This document shows, in pieces, positions 1-8,990 of a stretch of DNA of 64,000 nucleotides (position 1 is its first letter; every line of letters starts with the position of its first letter). The notes under the pieces were generated by a model, which searched no databases, was not told where the DNA came from, and was given only the letters and a program-made list of their open reading frames with translations. The stretch comes from a bacterium UBP13_UBA5359 (lineage in GTDB: Bacteria; UBP13; UBA5359), in the NCBI GenBank assembly GCA_002410925.1, contig DHPR01000012.1, positions 146,643-210,642 of the forward strand, in the 5' to 3' direction. A program made the position numbers and the translations under genes.

Positions 1-1243
1 TAACCCGATGATCAAAGACCATGCTCAGATACATCATGAAGCGCGGAACGATCTGTCCATCGACCACTGCCGGCTTCTCCTTGATAGCACCGACTCCCAG
101 GATTCCGGTTTGGGGCGGATTAATGACAGGCGTAAAGGCCTCCACACCAAAAGCACCGAGATTGGTTACGGTAAAGGTGCCGCCGTTCATCTCGGCTGCA
201 CCGAGCTTGCCCTGTCGGGCTTTCTCTACCAGACCCTTGATGGAAGCCGATATGGCTGCCAGACCCAGTGCATCAGCCTCTCTGATAACCGGAACAACCA
301 GACCCTGTTCCAGAGCCACTGCCACCCCCAGATTGACATCTCTGTGCAGTGTTATTTCTTCTCCGTCAAAGGTGGAATTAATCAACGGCATTTCCGATAG
401 CGCCATGGCTGTAGCCTTGACGATAATATCGGTGAATGTCAGACGCACACCAGCGGCCTTTTCCACCGCAGGCAATAGCCGTCCTCTCACAGCTACTGCA
501 GATGTCATATCCACTTCGCTGGTCAGAGTAACCTGCACAGCGGTATGAGCGCTCTGCGATAACCTGTCGGCAATGATCTTTCTCATACCGGCCAGCTTAA
601 TGACCTCGCCCGCAGCGGATGCCGATACTCCCGCCGGGATATCCCGGCTGTAAATCTTACCTCCGGGCCCGCTACCGATTATACCGGACAGGTCTGCACC
701 CTCAACAGCAGCTATCCTGGCAGCCAAAGGAGTAGCCGAAGGTTCTTCCAGCAGATAGGCTTCTACATCCCTTTCTACTATACGTCCGCCTGGGCCACTG
801 CCTCTGCCGGCTAATGCCTCTGCTGATACTCCGCGATCATTGGCCAGCCTTCTGGCCCGTGGTGATATCTTTATTCGCGTTTGATCAGTCGCCATTGTCT
901 CCGCGGCTTCCGGCAAGGTCACAGGGGCCTGTTCTTTCAGCGTTCTCTTCGGCTCCGCCGTTTCCTGGGCCTTGCTGCCGGTGTCTAATTTCGGAAGCTT
1001 CTCTCCGGCTTCACCGATAACGGCTATGGGTTCATAAACCGGCACGGTAGTTCCCTCTGAAGCTACTATCTTTAGCATGACGCCGGAAGCAACAGCCACA
1101 ACCTCCATGTTGGCTTTATCCGTTTCTACTTCTACAACAGGATCGCCCCTCTTGACTGTATCACCCTCTTTGACCATCCATCTGGCTATAGTGCCCTCAT
1201 CCATAGTCTCAGCCAGCAAGGGCATTATCATAATATGAGCCAT
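1..1243 (-). CDS. Dihydrolipoamide acyltransferase (E2) of an acetoin/2-oxoacid dehydrogenase complex; 3' end runs off the window
   Basis: Absent from the ORF track; translated by hand from ATG 1243 (RBS GAGGAGG). Lipoyl domain MAHIMIMPLLAETMDEGTIARWMVKEGD...EVETDKANME; two E3-binding repeats (ISPRARRLA...GSGPGGRI; ATPLAARIA...GSGPGGKI); catalytic FDHRV at the window edge. Confidence 0.93.
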   Translation of the reverse strand, partial: MAHIMIMPLLAETMDEGTIARWMVKEGDTVKRGDPVVEVETDKANMEVVAVASGVMLKIVASEGTTVPVYEPIAVIGEAGEKLPKLDTGSKAQETAEPKRTLKEQAPVTLPEAAETMATDQTRIKISPRARRLANDRGVSAEALAGRGSGPGGRIVERDVEAYLLEEPSATPLAARIAAVEGADLSGIIGSGPGGKIYSRDIPAGVSASAAGEVIKLAGMRKIIADRLSQSAHTAVQVTLTSEVDMTSAVAVRGRLLPAVEKAAGVRLTFTDIIVKATAMALSEMPLINSTFDGEEITLHRDVNLGVAVALEQGLVVPVIREADALGLAAISASIKGLVEKARQGKLGAAEMNGGTFTVTNLGAFGVEAFTPVINPPQTGILGVGAIKEKPAVVDGQIVPRFMMYLSMVFDHRV

Positions 1244-1258
1244 TATTCAGCGTCCTCC

Positions 1259-2230
1259 TCAGATTATTTCTTTTACAGCCCCTATTATATCGCTGATCTG
1301 AGGCACAGCGGCCTCTTCCAAAACGGGACTGCAAGGCATAGGACAATTCTTGCCGGACAACCGCTTCACGGGAGCATCCAGGTAATCAAAGGCCTCTTCC
1401 ATAATACGGGTGGCTATCTCAGCCCCGGGGCCGCTGCGTTCCACCGATTCATGAACTACAATAACCCGCCCGGTCTTTTTGACGGAATTGCAAATGCTCT
1501 CCATGTCCAGCGGCACCAGGCTGCGAGGATCTATAACCTCCACCTCGATACCCTCTGCGGCCAATTCTTCGGCTGCTTTGAGAGCCCTCTGCACCATAGT
1601 GGAGATAGCAATTACGGTTACGTCCCCACCCGCGCGCTTGACATCAGCCTGCCCCAGCGGAATCAAATACTCTTCTTCCGGCACCTGACCTTTCATCTTA
1701 TATGACATCTTATGTTCAATGAACATAACCGGGTTATCATCTCTGATGCAAGTCTTAAGAAGGCCCTTGGCATCATATGGATTTGAAGGCATGACTACGT
1801 AAAGCCCCGGCACATGCATAAACCAGGCCTCCAGGCACTGAGAGTGCTGAGCAGCAAAGGAACGTCCGCTGCCGCAACTGGTACGTATCACCAGCGGCAC
1901 CCTGGCCTTGCCGCCGAACATATAACGAACCTTGGCCGCCTGATTGGCAATCTGATCCATGGCAATACCAGTAAAATCGATATACATTATTTCCGCTATG
2001 GGGCGCATGCCCGTCAGCGCGGCGCCTACTCCGGCGCCCACAATAGCTGCCTCTGAAATGGCTGTATCTCTGATGCGCTCCGGCCCGAACTCATCAAAAA
2101 GACCTTTGCTGGCGCCGTAAGCGCCACCGTAAAGCCCTACATCCTCGCCCATCAGAAAAACTCTCTCATCGCGAAGCATCTCTTCGCGCATAGCCTCAAT
2201 CAAAGCCTGTTGAAAAGTTATCTCTCTCAT
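1259..2230 (-). CDS. TPP-dependent dehydrogenase E1 beta subunit (AcoB/PdhB-like)
   Basis: GEDVG, DTAISE, EIMYIDF, QHSQ, IDPRSLVPLD motifs; lies between E1 alpha and E2. Confidence 0.93.
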   Translation of the reverse strand: MREITFQQALIEAMREEMLRDERVFLMGEDVGLYGGAYGASKGLFDEFGPERIRDTAISEAAIVGAGVGAALTGMRPIAEIMYIDFTGIAMDQIANQAAKVRYMFGGKARVPLVIRTSCGSGRSFAAQHSQCLEAWFMHVPGLYVVMPSNPYDAKGLLKTCIRDDNPVMFIEHKMSYKMKGQVPEEEYLIPLGQADVKRAGGDVTVIAISTMVQRALKAAEELAAEGIEVEVIDPRSLVPLDMESICNSVKKTGRVIVVHESVERSGPGAEIATRIMEEAFDYLDAPVKRLSGKNCPMPCSPVLEEAAVPQISDIIGAVKEII

Positions 2231-2327
2231 AATCTAAAGCTCCTTTAATTTAACTTTAGCTCAACCGCTCAAGCATTAGAGAATTCAGCAATCATAATTC
2301 CGATCTCTGTTGTGAGAGCGATTATCT

Positions 2328-3311
2328 TTAATCTACATAAACATCCTCAAGAAGTTCCGAGACGTCGGGATACGGGCTCTCTTCGGCAAAACGAGCGGAC
2401 GCTTCGATATATTCATAAGCTTCATTATCGATGCGCTCTGCCTCTTTCTCGGTTAAAACACCCTTTCCCACCAGCCTTTTGCGGAAGCTGGCAATAGCAT
2501 CTCTTGCCTGCCATTCCGCCTCTTCCTCCCGCGTACGATAAGCCCTGGGATCACTCTTGGAATGACCTTTATAACGATAAGTCTTGCACTCTATCAGCGT
2601 AGGCCCGCTTCCCTTTCTGGCTCTGTCCGCTGCCTTCTTTACGGCTTCATATACAGCCAGAACATCCATACCGTCCGCCACCTGACCAGGCATACCGTAG
2701 GAAGCAGCCCTGATGGCGATATCCGGCTGAGCTGCACAGGCCTTGGCGGCAGGAACGGACATACCGTAAAGATTATTTTCACAGATATAGACCACCGGCA
2801 GCTTCCAAACACCGCCCATGTTAAGCGATTCATGAAAAGATCCGGTGTTGCTGGCTCCATCCCCAAAGAAGCAGAGAACAACCTGCTTGCTCTTTCTCAT
2901 CTGAATAGAGAGCCCTGCCCCGGTAGCTATAGGAATACCACCGCCGACTATGCCGTTGGCTCCCAGGTTATTTGAACCGAGATCGGCAATATGCAGCGAT
3001 CCTCCTTTGCCCTTGCAATAACCGGTTTTCTTGCCCCAGAGCTCAGCCATCATCAGCTTTGGGTCTCCACCCTTGCCGACACAGTGCCCGTGTCCTCTGT
3101 GAGTGCTAGTAATATAATCATCGGGCTTGATAGCTGCGCAGGCTCCAATGGCCACCGCTTCCTCTCCTGCATAAAGGTGAGTGCCGCCCTTGATCTTGCC
3201 CAAACCATATAGTTCATCCACCTTCTCTTCAAAGTAGCGTACCAGCAGCATTCTGCGGTACATCTCCACCATGTCCTTTTTACTCAATGCCACTTGCTGT
3301 TCCCCCTCCAA
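2328..3311 (-). CDS. TPP-dependent dehydrogenase E1 alpha subunit (AcoA/PdhA-like)
   Basis: HLYAGEEA, STHRGHGH, GDGA...ENN TPP motif, TYRYKGHS. Confidence 0.93.
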   Translation of the reverse strand: MEGEQQVALSKKDMVEMYRRMLLVRYFEEKVDELYGLGKIKGGTHLYAGEEAVAIGACAAIKPDDYITSTHRGHGHCVGKGGDPKLMMAELWGKKTGYCKGKGGSLHIADLGSNNLGANGIVGGGIPIATGAGLSIQMRKSKQVVLCFFGDGASNTGSFHESLNMGGVWKLPVVYICENNLYGMSVPAAKACAAQPDIAIRAASYGMPGQVADGMDVLAVYEAVKKAADRARKGSGPTLIECKTYRYKGHSKSDPRAYRTREEEAEWQARDAIASFRKRLVGKGVLTEKEAERIDNEAYEYIEASARFAEESPYPDVSELLEDVYVD

Positions 3312-3326
3312 TTAGCTTTTCGAGCT

Positions 3327-4283
3327 CTAGGCTGACTTGGAGCTACGCTCCAGCACTCTTTCGGCAGTCAGCTCATCTGTCACCAGAATATTGATGAATC
3401 CGCCTCGCAAAGCACCGATTATGGCCTCTATCTTATCAGCCCCTCCAGCCATCCCTATCACTGTGTCGATATTACGCAGCGCCTGCGGTGATATACCTAC
3501 CACCCTATCATGCAGCGAAGTGCGGCAAACCCGCCCTTCGATATCGAAGAAGCAGGAGCAGACATCACCTACTGCGCCGAAGCTAGCCAGTTCCTTTCCT
3601 TCTTCATCAGACAGATAACCGGTTTTCTTAAGAATGGAATCCGTCAGGCAGCCTATACCCACAAGAGCCGTATTTATGCGATGAAAGTTATCAAATATCT
3701 CTGCCAGACGCTTCTCCGCCAGCAAAGCATCACGCACCTGGCTGCTGGAGACCACCACCGGAGCCGGCAACGGATACCAGCGTCCTCCAAAGGCTTCGGC
3801 AATACGGCGAGCCAGTTCATTGGCATGACAATCTACCTCCGCCTGGCCGACACCGCCCAGCATCTGAAAAACCGTTAGATCGGGGCATCTTCCATCCGGA
3901 TGAAGAGAATTCACCATCTCCTGCAGTGTCGTCCCCCAGGATACACCCAGGATATTGCCGGCACAAACATTCCTCTCCAGATAGGCTGCAGCGGCCTCTC
4001 CAATAGCTCTCTTGAAATCACGGCCTCCGCCGCAGGGTGCCACCACCGTTTCCTTCAGGTTGAACCTTCGGCAGAGCTCTTCCTCCAGTGCCGAAGTTTC
4101 GCCCAGCGGATTGATTATCCTGATCTGGACTATGCCCCCCTCCTCGGCAGCCTTGAGCAATCGTGATATCTTGGGGCGGGAAAGCCCTAACGCAGATGCA
4201 ATCTGCTGCTGCGTCAATTTCTCCTGATAATACATCTCAGACACCCTGACAAGCAGGCGCAATCCGTTCTTTGCAGCGGACAT
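3327..4283 (-). CDS. SorC/DeoR/LsrR-family sugar-binding transcriptional regulator
   Basis: N-terminal YYQEKLTQQQIASALGLSRPKISRLL HTH; GVSWGTT, GAVGDV and LVTDE sugar-binding domain motifs. Confidence 0.92.
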   Translation of the reverse strand: MSAAKNGLRLLVRVSEMYYQEKLTQQQIASALGLSRPKISRLLKAAEEGGIVQIRIINPLGETSALEEELCRRFNLKETVVAPCGGGRDFKRAIGEAAAAYLERNVCAGNILGVSWGTTLQEMVNSLHPDGRCPDLTVFQMLGGVGQAEVDCHANELARRIAEAFGGRWYPLPAPVVVSSSQVRDALLAEKRLAEIFDNFHRINTALVGIGCLTDSILKKTGYLSDEEGKELASFGAVGDVCSCFFDIEGRVCRTSLHDRVVGISPQALRNIDTVIGMAGGADKIEAIIGALRGGFINILVTDELTAERVLERSSKSA

Positions 4284-4309
4284 CGATATCCTCCCGGTTC
4301 AGCGCTGTT

Positions 4310-4342
4310 TGCACAAATGTTCAAATATAGAAAATTTGTTCA
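4310..4342. promoter_or_regulatory. Putative SorC-family operator, TGCACA-N21-TGTTCA
   Basis: TGCACAAATGTTCA-aatat-AGAAAATTTGTTCA directly upstream of the regulator; geometry resembles the LsrR box (TGAACA-N21-TGTTCA). Confidence 0.6.
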
Positions 4343-4351
4343 CTATTACTT

Positions 4352-4378
4352 CTTCTACACCGGAATAAAGATTCCTGC
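4352..4378 (-). promoter_or_regulatory. SigH-like promoter
   Basis: Minus strand GCAGGAATC-N11-GTAGAAG, similar to Bacillus sigma-H RNAGGAWWW-N11/12-RNNGAAT. Confidence 0.5.
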
Positions 4379-4522
4379 AAAAAGAAAGGAATATATACCA
4401 AAACAGAATTCGTGTTTAGACAGCTATAAATTGTGGTAAAATTAGATCAAGCAGGCTGTCACTATCTCGGACAACGGAAATGCTACAGGAAATGCTATAT
4501 AATAATTATGGAGGTGATCAGA

Positions 4523-5422
4523 GTGTTTGCTTGCAAAGCTAGGAAAACAATAATAGCAGTGGTCTGTCTGTTTTTCATGATTCTAGCTATTGGTTCAATT
4601 GCCAGCGCAGAGGATTTTGCCTTTATGATCATCGCTGATCCCCATATAGACGGGACGGCGGCACACGCCACCAGACTCCAATCATGTATCAATTGGATAA
4701 ATGCCAATAAAACAACCAAAAAGATCGAACTGGTATTCGTAGTAGGCGATATCGGATGGGGAGGTCACCTGCCTGAGGCCAAGACCTTGCTGGATGGGCT
4801 GACCGTGCCTTATATTCCTCTCATGGGGGATAACGAGTTCCAGGCCGGCTCCGAAGTGGAATTCAACAATGTGTTTTCCCCGCAATACGTATACCTGGCC
4901 GGCATTTTAACTAATTGGCAAAAAGCGCCCGCACCGATTTGGAACCCACAAATAAGTGCGGAGAGTTATTTGCAAAACTTCTCCTTTGACCACCTTGCCT
5001 GCCACTTCATTTGCGCTGATTTTGCCGCCAGATACACGGGGACGGAAACTGCAGAATTACACGATTTCACTGGCGGCACCTGGCCATGGTTCAAAAATGA
5101 TGTAATTAATTGTCAAAAACCTAAAAGCGAGAATATCGTATCTCTTTCGCACCACGGCATGTTTATCAACCCTTACCTTTTCAACAGCTCGCAGATGAGT
5201 ACTATAACGGCCTTCACCAGCGGATATAAAAGCTATCTCCATGCCAACTACTCCGGCCATGTTCATCTTAACTGGACGCAAGGTGTTCCTCTGCTTTTCT
5301 CTCATTACACGGGCATAACGACGGACGCCACTTTCGAAGATGATAATACTATGCGGAGAGTAGCTGTTACGATCGGTTCCCGTGCGGTTTCATATGCACA
5401 AGAGCTTGTTGTCATTCCGTAA
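4523..5422 (+). CDS. Secreted calcineurin-like metallophosphoesterase
   Basis: DPH, GD, GDNE, HH and GHVH motifs; N-terminal signal peptide; GTG 4523 behind GGAGGTGA is preferred over the track start at 4433. Confidence 0.8.
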   Translation: MFACKARKTIIAVVCLFFMILAIGSIASAEDFAFMIIADPHIDGTAAHATRLQSCINWINANKTTKKIELVFVVGDIGWGGHLPEAKTLLDGLTVPYIPLMGDNEFQAGSEVEFNNVFSPQYVYLAGILTNWQKAPAPIWNPQISAESYLQNFSFDHLACHFICADFAARYTGTETAELHDFTGGTWPWFKNDVINCQKPKSENIVSLSHHGMFINPYLFNSSQMSTITAFTSGYKSYLHANYSGHVHLNWTQGVPLLFSHYTGITTDATFEDDNTMRRVAVTIGSRAVSYAQELVVIP

Positions 5423-5437
5423 AAACCGATATGGTGC

Positions 5438-5478
5438 ATAACTGCTGCCGGGGTGTACCTTACCCCGGCAGCAGTTAT
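5438..5478. terminator. Hairpin between convergent genes (probable bidirectional terminator)
   Basis: 17-bp perfect inverted repeat ATAACTGCTGCCGGGGT / ACCCCGGCAGCAGTTAT. Confidence 0.75.
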
Positions 5479-5511
5479 TTATAGCCCTTCGTCAAAGAGT
5501 TCTCCGCATCC

Positions 5512-5781
5512 TCACTCTTCTGCTTTGCCGCAGCGACCTCTTAAATCGGATACTCTTATATCTTTAGGGGTAAAAAGATATATCATCCTGTCCAGGCGGT
5601 CGAATCTGCCTTCAATGCCCAGAACTGCGCCACGGAGAAAATCGAATATTCTTATCGCGTTCTCTTCATCATACGGCAGCCTGACAAAGACGGCTATGCC
5701 GTCCTTGAGGCAATCCGTAATAAGGCAGGCATCATCCATATTCTTCGGATCCTCCACAAGGAGTTCGGCTAACATAAGCAT
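5512..5781 (-). CDS. SepF-like protein (core domain only)
   Basis: P..MDDA..I.D.LK....V.V.L......A.RI.DFL.GAV....G.......IYLFTP matches the SepF core pattern. Confidence 0.7.
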   Translation of the reverse strand: MLMLAELLVEDPKNMDDACLITDCLKDGIAVFVRLPYDEENAIRIFDFLRGAVLGIEGRFDRLDRMIYLFTPKDIRVSDLRGRCGKAEE

Positions 5782-5863
5782 TTCCCCCCTCAGCTTACCG
5801 ATAAACGGTCATCTCTTTGTTAAATTCATTTTACACAATATCCGCATCGGCGACAACGGGTGC

Positions 5864-5892
5864 TTGACACTGCAGTCGGCGGCAGGTAATAT
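5864..5892 (+). promoter_or_regulatory. Sigma-70/SigA promoter of the ilvBN leader
   Basis: TTGACA-17 nt-TAATAT. Confidence 0.75.
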
Positions 5893-5934
5893 ACGGTTAA
5901 AGCAATTTATAATTTATTTGAGGTTCGATCTCTT

Positions 5935-6036
5935 ATGAACCGTTATGCGGACAATATATATACCCTTTCGGTAACCCGCCTCGTAGTGGTAAAGATGGGC
6001 GTAGTAGTACGCACAGTAGATACCAATGCGCCATAG
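5935..6036 (+). CDS. ivbL: Val-rich attenuator leader peptide (IvbL-like), MNRYADNIYTLSVTRLVVVKMGVVVRTVDTNAP
   Basis: 33-codon ORF with 8 Val codons including two VVV runs; GAGG upstream; ends in NAP-stop as E. coli IvbL does; followed by a terminator just before ilvB. Confidence 0.85.
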   Translation: MNRYADNIYTLSVTRLVVVKMGVVVRTVDTNAP

Positions 6037-6066
6037 CGGGATAAACTGAAAGCAAAAGAGAGACCT

Positions 6067-6103
6067 TAAGCCCCGTCGGCGCCCCGGCGGGGCTTATTTT
6101 TTT
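6067..6103 (+). terminator. Attenuator terminator of ilvBN
   Basis: 13-bp stem TAAGCCCCGTCGG / CCGGCGGGGCTTA followed by T7. Confidence 0.88.
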
Positions 6104-6106
6104 GAG

Positions 6107-7780
6107 GTGATGATAATGAAGATAACCGGAGCTCAGTTGACAATCCTTCTGCTGGAAAGACAGGGAGTAAGGCTCATTGCCGGCATTCCTGGTGGAGCCA
6201 ACCTGCCGCTCTACGACGCTCTCTCTCAAAGCAACAAGATCCGTCATATATTGGCGCGGCATGAGCAAGGAGCCGCCTTCATTGCTCAGGGCATGGCGCG
6301 TGTCAGCGGCCGGCCGGCTGTATGCTTTGCCACCTCCGGCCCCGGCGCCGTTAACACGCTGACAGCCATAGCTGATGCCAGGATGGATTCTATCCCTATA
6401 ATCTGTATCACCGGCCAGGTCTCCGGCGGAATGATAGGAACAGATGCTTTCCAGGAGACAGATACTTACGGCATGAGCATTCCTATCACAAAACACAATT
6501 TTCTGGTGCGCTCGGCAGAGGAGTTATTAGAAGTGATACCAAAAGCCTTCCGCATTGCTGCCTCTGGAAGGCCTGGTCCGGTGTTGATCGATATCCCCAG
6601 AGATGTTCAAAGCGGATTTCTGGAATTCAAAAAATGGCCTGAGCCAGGCCGGCCGGACCCACTGCCGCAATTTGAAATGCATAATATCAAAGAAGCGGCA
6701 AAAATGATCAATCATGCCCGGCAGCCTGCTCTATATCTCGGCGGCGGCATCATTCACGCCGAAGCCGGAAATACTGTGCTTCGGCTGATGGAGAAGGCCT
6801 CTCTGCCGGCCGTCGCCACCTTGATGGGCCTGGGTGCCGTACCGAGCGATCATCCGCTCTTTATGGGCATGCTGGGCATGCACGCAGCCCGCTATACCAA
6901 CCTGGCCATTGAGGAATGCGACCTGCTGATAGCCGTCGGCGTCCGCTTTGATGACCGGGCCACCGGCAGAGTGGAGCGCTTTTGCTCCAAAGCAGCAGTT
7001 ATCCATATCGATATCGATCCTGCCGAAATCAGCAAACTCAAATTAGCTCATACCGGCATTGCCGGCGATGCCGGACAGGTATTGAAAGCCTTGTTGCCGC
7101 TGATAGATAGTAATCCCCGCCGGGAATGGCTCGGTCATATTGAAGAGTTAAAGAGGAAGCACCCTCTGCAAATGCCGGGCAAAGGCGATCCGAGCACGCC
7201 TTACGGTCTGATAGCTCAAGTGGCCGCTTTCTTGGATGATAATGCCGTCATCACCACCGACGTCGGGCAGCATCAGATGTGGACAGCTCAGGCATATCCG
7301 TTCAACCATCCGCGCTGCTGGCTTACCTCCGGCGGCCTGGGAACTATGGGCTTCGGTCTGCCGGCAGCCATAGGCGCAGCCCTTGCCCTGCCCGATCGGA
7401 CAGTAGTTTGCTTCAGCGGCGACGGCAGCCTGATGATGAACATTCAGGAACTGGCCACCGCCGTGGAAGAGGATATCAACGTGAAAATCGTTCTGCTGGA
7501 CAACAATGCCCTGGGGCTGGTACGCCAGCAACAGGACCTCTTTTTTGGCAAGCGCTTCTTCGCCTCAGATTATCGCTATCGGCCGGATTTTGTCAGAATA
7601 GCCGAAGGCTTCGGCATGAGAGCTGTCAGCCTGGGAAGTGCTCTTGATCCGGCAGCAACTCTGGCCGATGCTCTAAGCACACCGGGGCCGTATCTTATCC
7701 ATGCTCCGATAAGTGCAGATGAGAGAGTCTACCCCATGGTGCCGCCCGGAGGCGCCAACATAGATATGATTGGAGGTTAA
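6107..7780 (+). CDS. ilvB: Acetolactate synthase large subunit (AHAS I type)
   Basis: GIPGG, RHEQ, TDAFQE, TDVGQHQMW, GTMGFG, GDGS...NN and YPMVPPG motifs. Confidence 0.96.
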   Translation: MMIMKITGAQLTILLLERQGVRLIAGIPGGANLPLYDALSQSNKIRHILARHEQGAAFIAQGMARVSGRPAVCFATSGPGAVNTLTAIADARMDSIPIICITGQVSGGMIGTDAFQETDTYGMSIPITKHNFLVRSAEELLEVIPKAFRIAASGRPGPVLIDIPRDVQSGFLEFKKWPEPGRPDPLPQFEMHNIKEAAKMINHARQPALYLGGGIIHAEAGNTVLRLMEKASLPAVATLMGLGAVPSDHPLFMGMLGMHAARYTNLAIEECDLLIAVGVRFDDRATGRVERFCSKAAVIHIDIDPAEISKLKLAHTGIAGDAGQVLKALLPLIDSNPRREWLGHIEELKRKHPLQMPGKGDPSTPYGLIAQVAAFLDDNAVITTDVGQHQMWTAQAYPFNHPRCWLTSGGLGTMGFGLPAAIGAALALPDRTVVCFSGDGSLMMNIQELATAVEEDINVKIVLLDNNALGLVRQQQDLFFGKRFFASDYRYRPDFVRIAEGFGMRAVSLGSALDPAATLADALSTPGPYLIHAPISADERVYPMVPPGGANIDMIGG

Positions 7781-7784
7781 AACT

Positions 7785-8108
7785 ATGATTGAAGCAACTT
7801 GCGAACGCCCGGATACCTTGCTCAGCCGAGACCGCCATACCGTCCTGGAGTTGATAGTAAATAATCATCCCGGAGTTATGTCGCATATCTGCGGACTCTT
7901 CGCTCGCCGAGCTTATAATATGAACGGCATATTCTGCCTGCCTTTCGGCAACGGCAGCCGGAGCCGTATCTGGCTGCTGGTGGATAAAGATCAACGGCTG
8001 GAGCAAATGATTAAACAGATGCTGAAGCTTGAAGATGTGCTCGATGTACAGCAGCATGACGGCAATCATGAGGTCTTCATACAGCTGGAGAGCTTTTTTT
8101 ACTCCTGA
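7785..8108 (+). CDS. ilvN: Acetolactate synthase I small subunit
   Basis: LELIVNNHPGVMSHICGLFARRAYN ACT domain, close to E. coli IlvN; ATG 7785 follows GGAGG. Confidence 0.92.
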   Translation: MIEATCERPDTLLSRDRHTVLELIVNNHPGVMSHICGLFARRAYNMNGIFCLPFGNGSRSRIWLLVDKDQRLEQMIKQMLKLEDVLDVQQHDGNHEVFIQLESFFYS

Positions 8109-8971
8109 ACCTCCTTTATCAGGGAGATCATTCTGCGGCCGTACTCTACATAATTGGCGTATCTTACCTCCTCTGAGGAGTGCATGGAGGTATCGTGATA
8201 GACCACCGCCAGATGAGGCTCTATGGAGATGCCGCCGTTATAGCCTCCGACCAGCAGGTCTTTGATGATTCTCTTCACGTCTCCGTCGCCGTCTCCGGGG
8301 AAGGTATACTCCATTTTGCCTGCCGCCGCATCCCATCTGCCGTCTTTGACATGGATATAGGCTATATGCTCTTTGACATGATTGTAGAATTCCCAGGAGG
8401 ACTGTTTTGGGTATGGCGCAGTTTTGGTCCTGTCCTCGGTAAAAACAGGATTACCGGTATCGAATACCAGCTTCAAACCGGGCACATTCTCTATCAGCCG
8501 CAGGGTATATGTCCAACCCATGCCCCCGTAGTTCATACAATTTTCATGCACCGCTTCTATTCCGGCATCGGCAAACATACGATGCAGCATCCTTACCCGC
8601 CTGAACCGCTCCTCCTCCATCTGGTCTTCCGGCCCTCTATCTGATAGAACGGCAAAGCTCATGATACGAATAAGCTTCGTTCCCAACCGCTGCATTCTGG
8701 GGATAGCTCGTCCGACTTCCTCCAGGGATATATCAAAGTGCTTATCTATTCCCTTGCTCCAGTTGGCTATGGTAGAGCCAAAACAGTTTATTTTTACTCC
8801 GGCCTCTTCCAGCTTCAGACATACCTCTTCGAATCTATCCTCGGGCAGATCATGGATGTTGACTCCATCCACATTCCTGGCTTCTATATTCTCCCATCCC
8901 AACTCCTTGGTGGCTCTTATCTGCTGTTCAATCCCTGCTGCCGCCTCATCGGCAAATCCTGTCAAATACAT
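8099..8971 (-). CDS. Sugar phosphate isomerase/epimerase-family TIM barrel (AP_endonuc_2)
   Basis: GFADE, HEN, FDTGN, HVKD and SIEPH metal ligands. Confidence 0.85.
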   Translation of the reverse strand: MYLTGFADEAAAGIEQQIRATKELGWENIEARNVDGVNIHDLPEDRFEEVCLKLEEAGVKINCFGSTIANWSKGIDKHFDISLEEVGRAIPRMQRLGTKLIRIMSFAVLSDRGPEDQMEEERFRRVRMLHRMFADAGIEAVHENCMNYGGMGWTYTLRLIENVPGLKLVFDTGNPVFTEDRTKTAPYPKQSSWEFYNHVKEHIAYIHVKDGRWDAAAGKMEYTFPGDGDGDVKRIIKDLLVGGYNGGISIEPHLAVVYHDTSMHSSEEVRYANYVEYGRRMISLIKEVQE

Positions 8972-8990
8972 CCTTACGCTCCTTTACATC

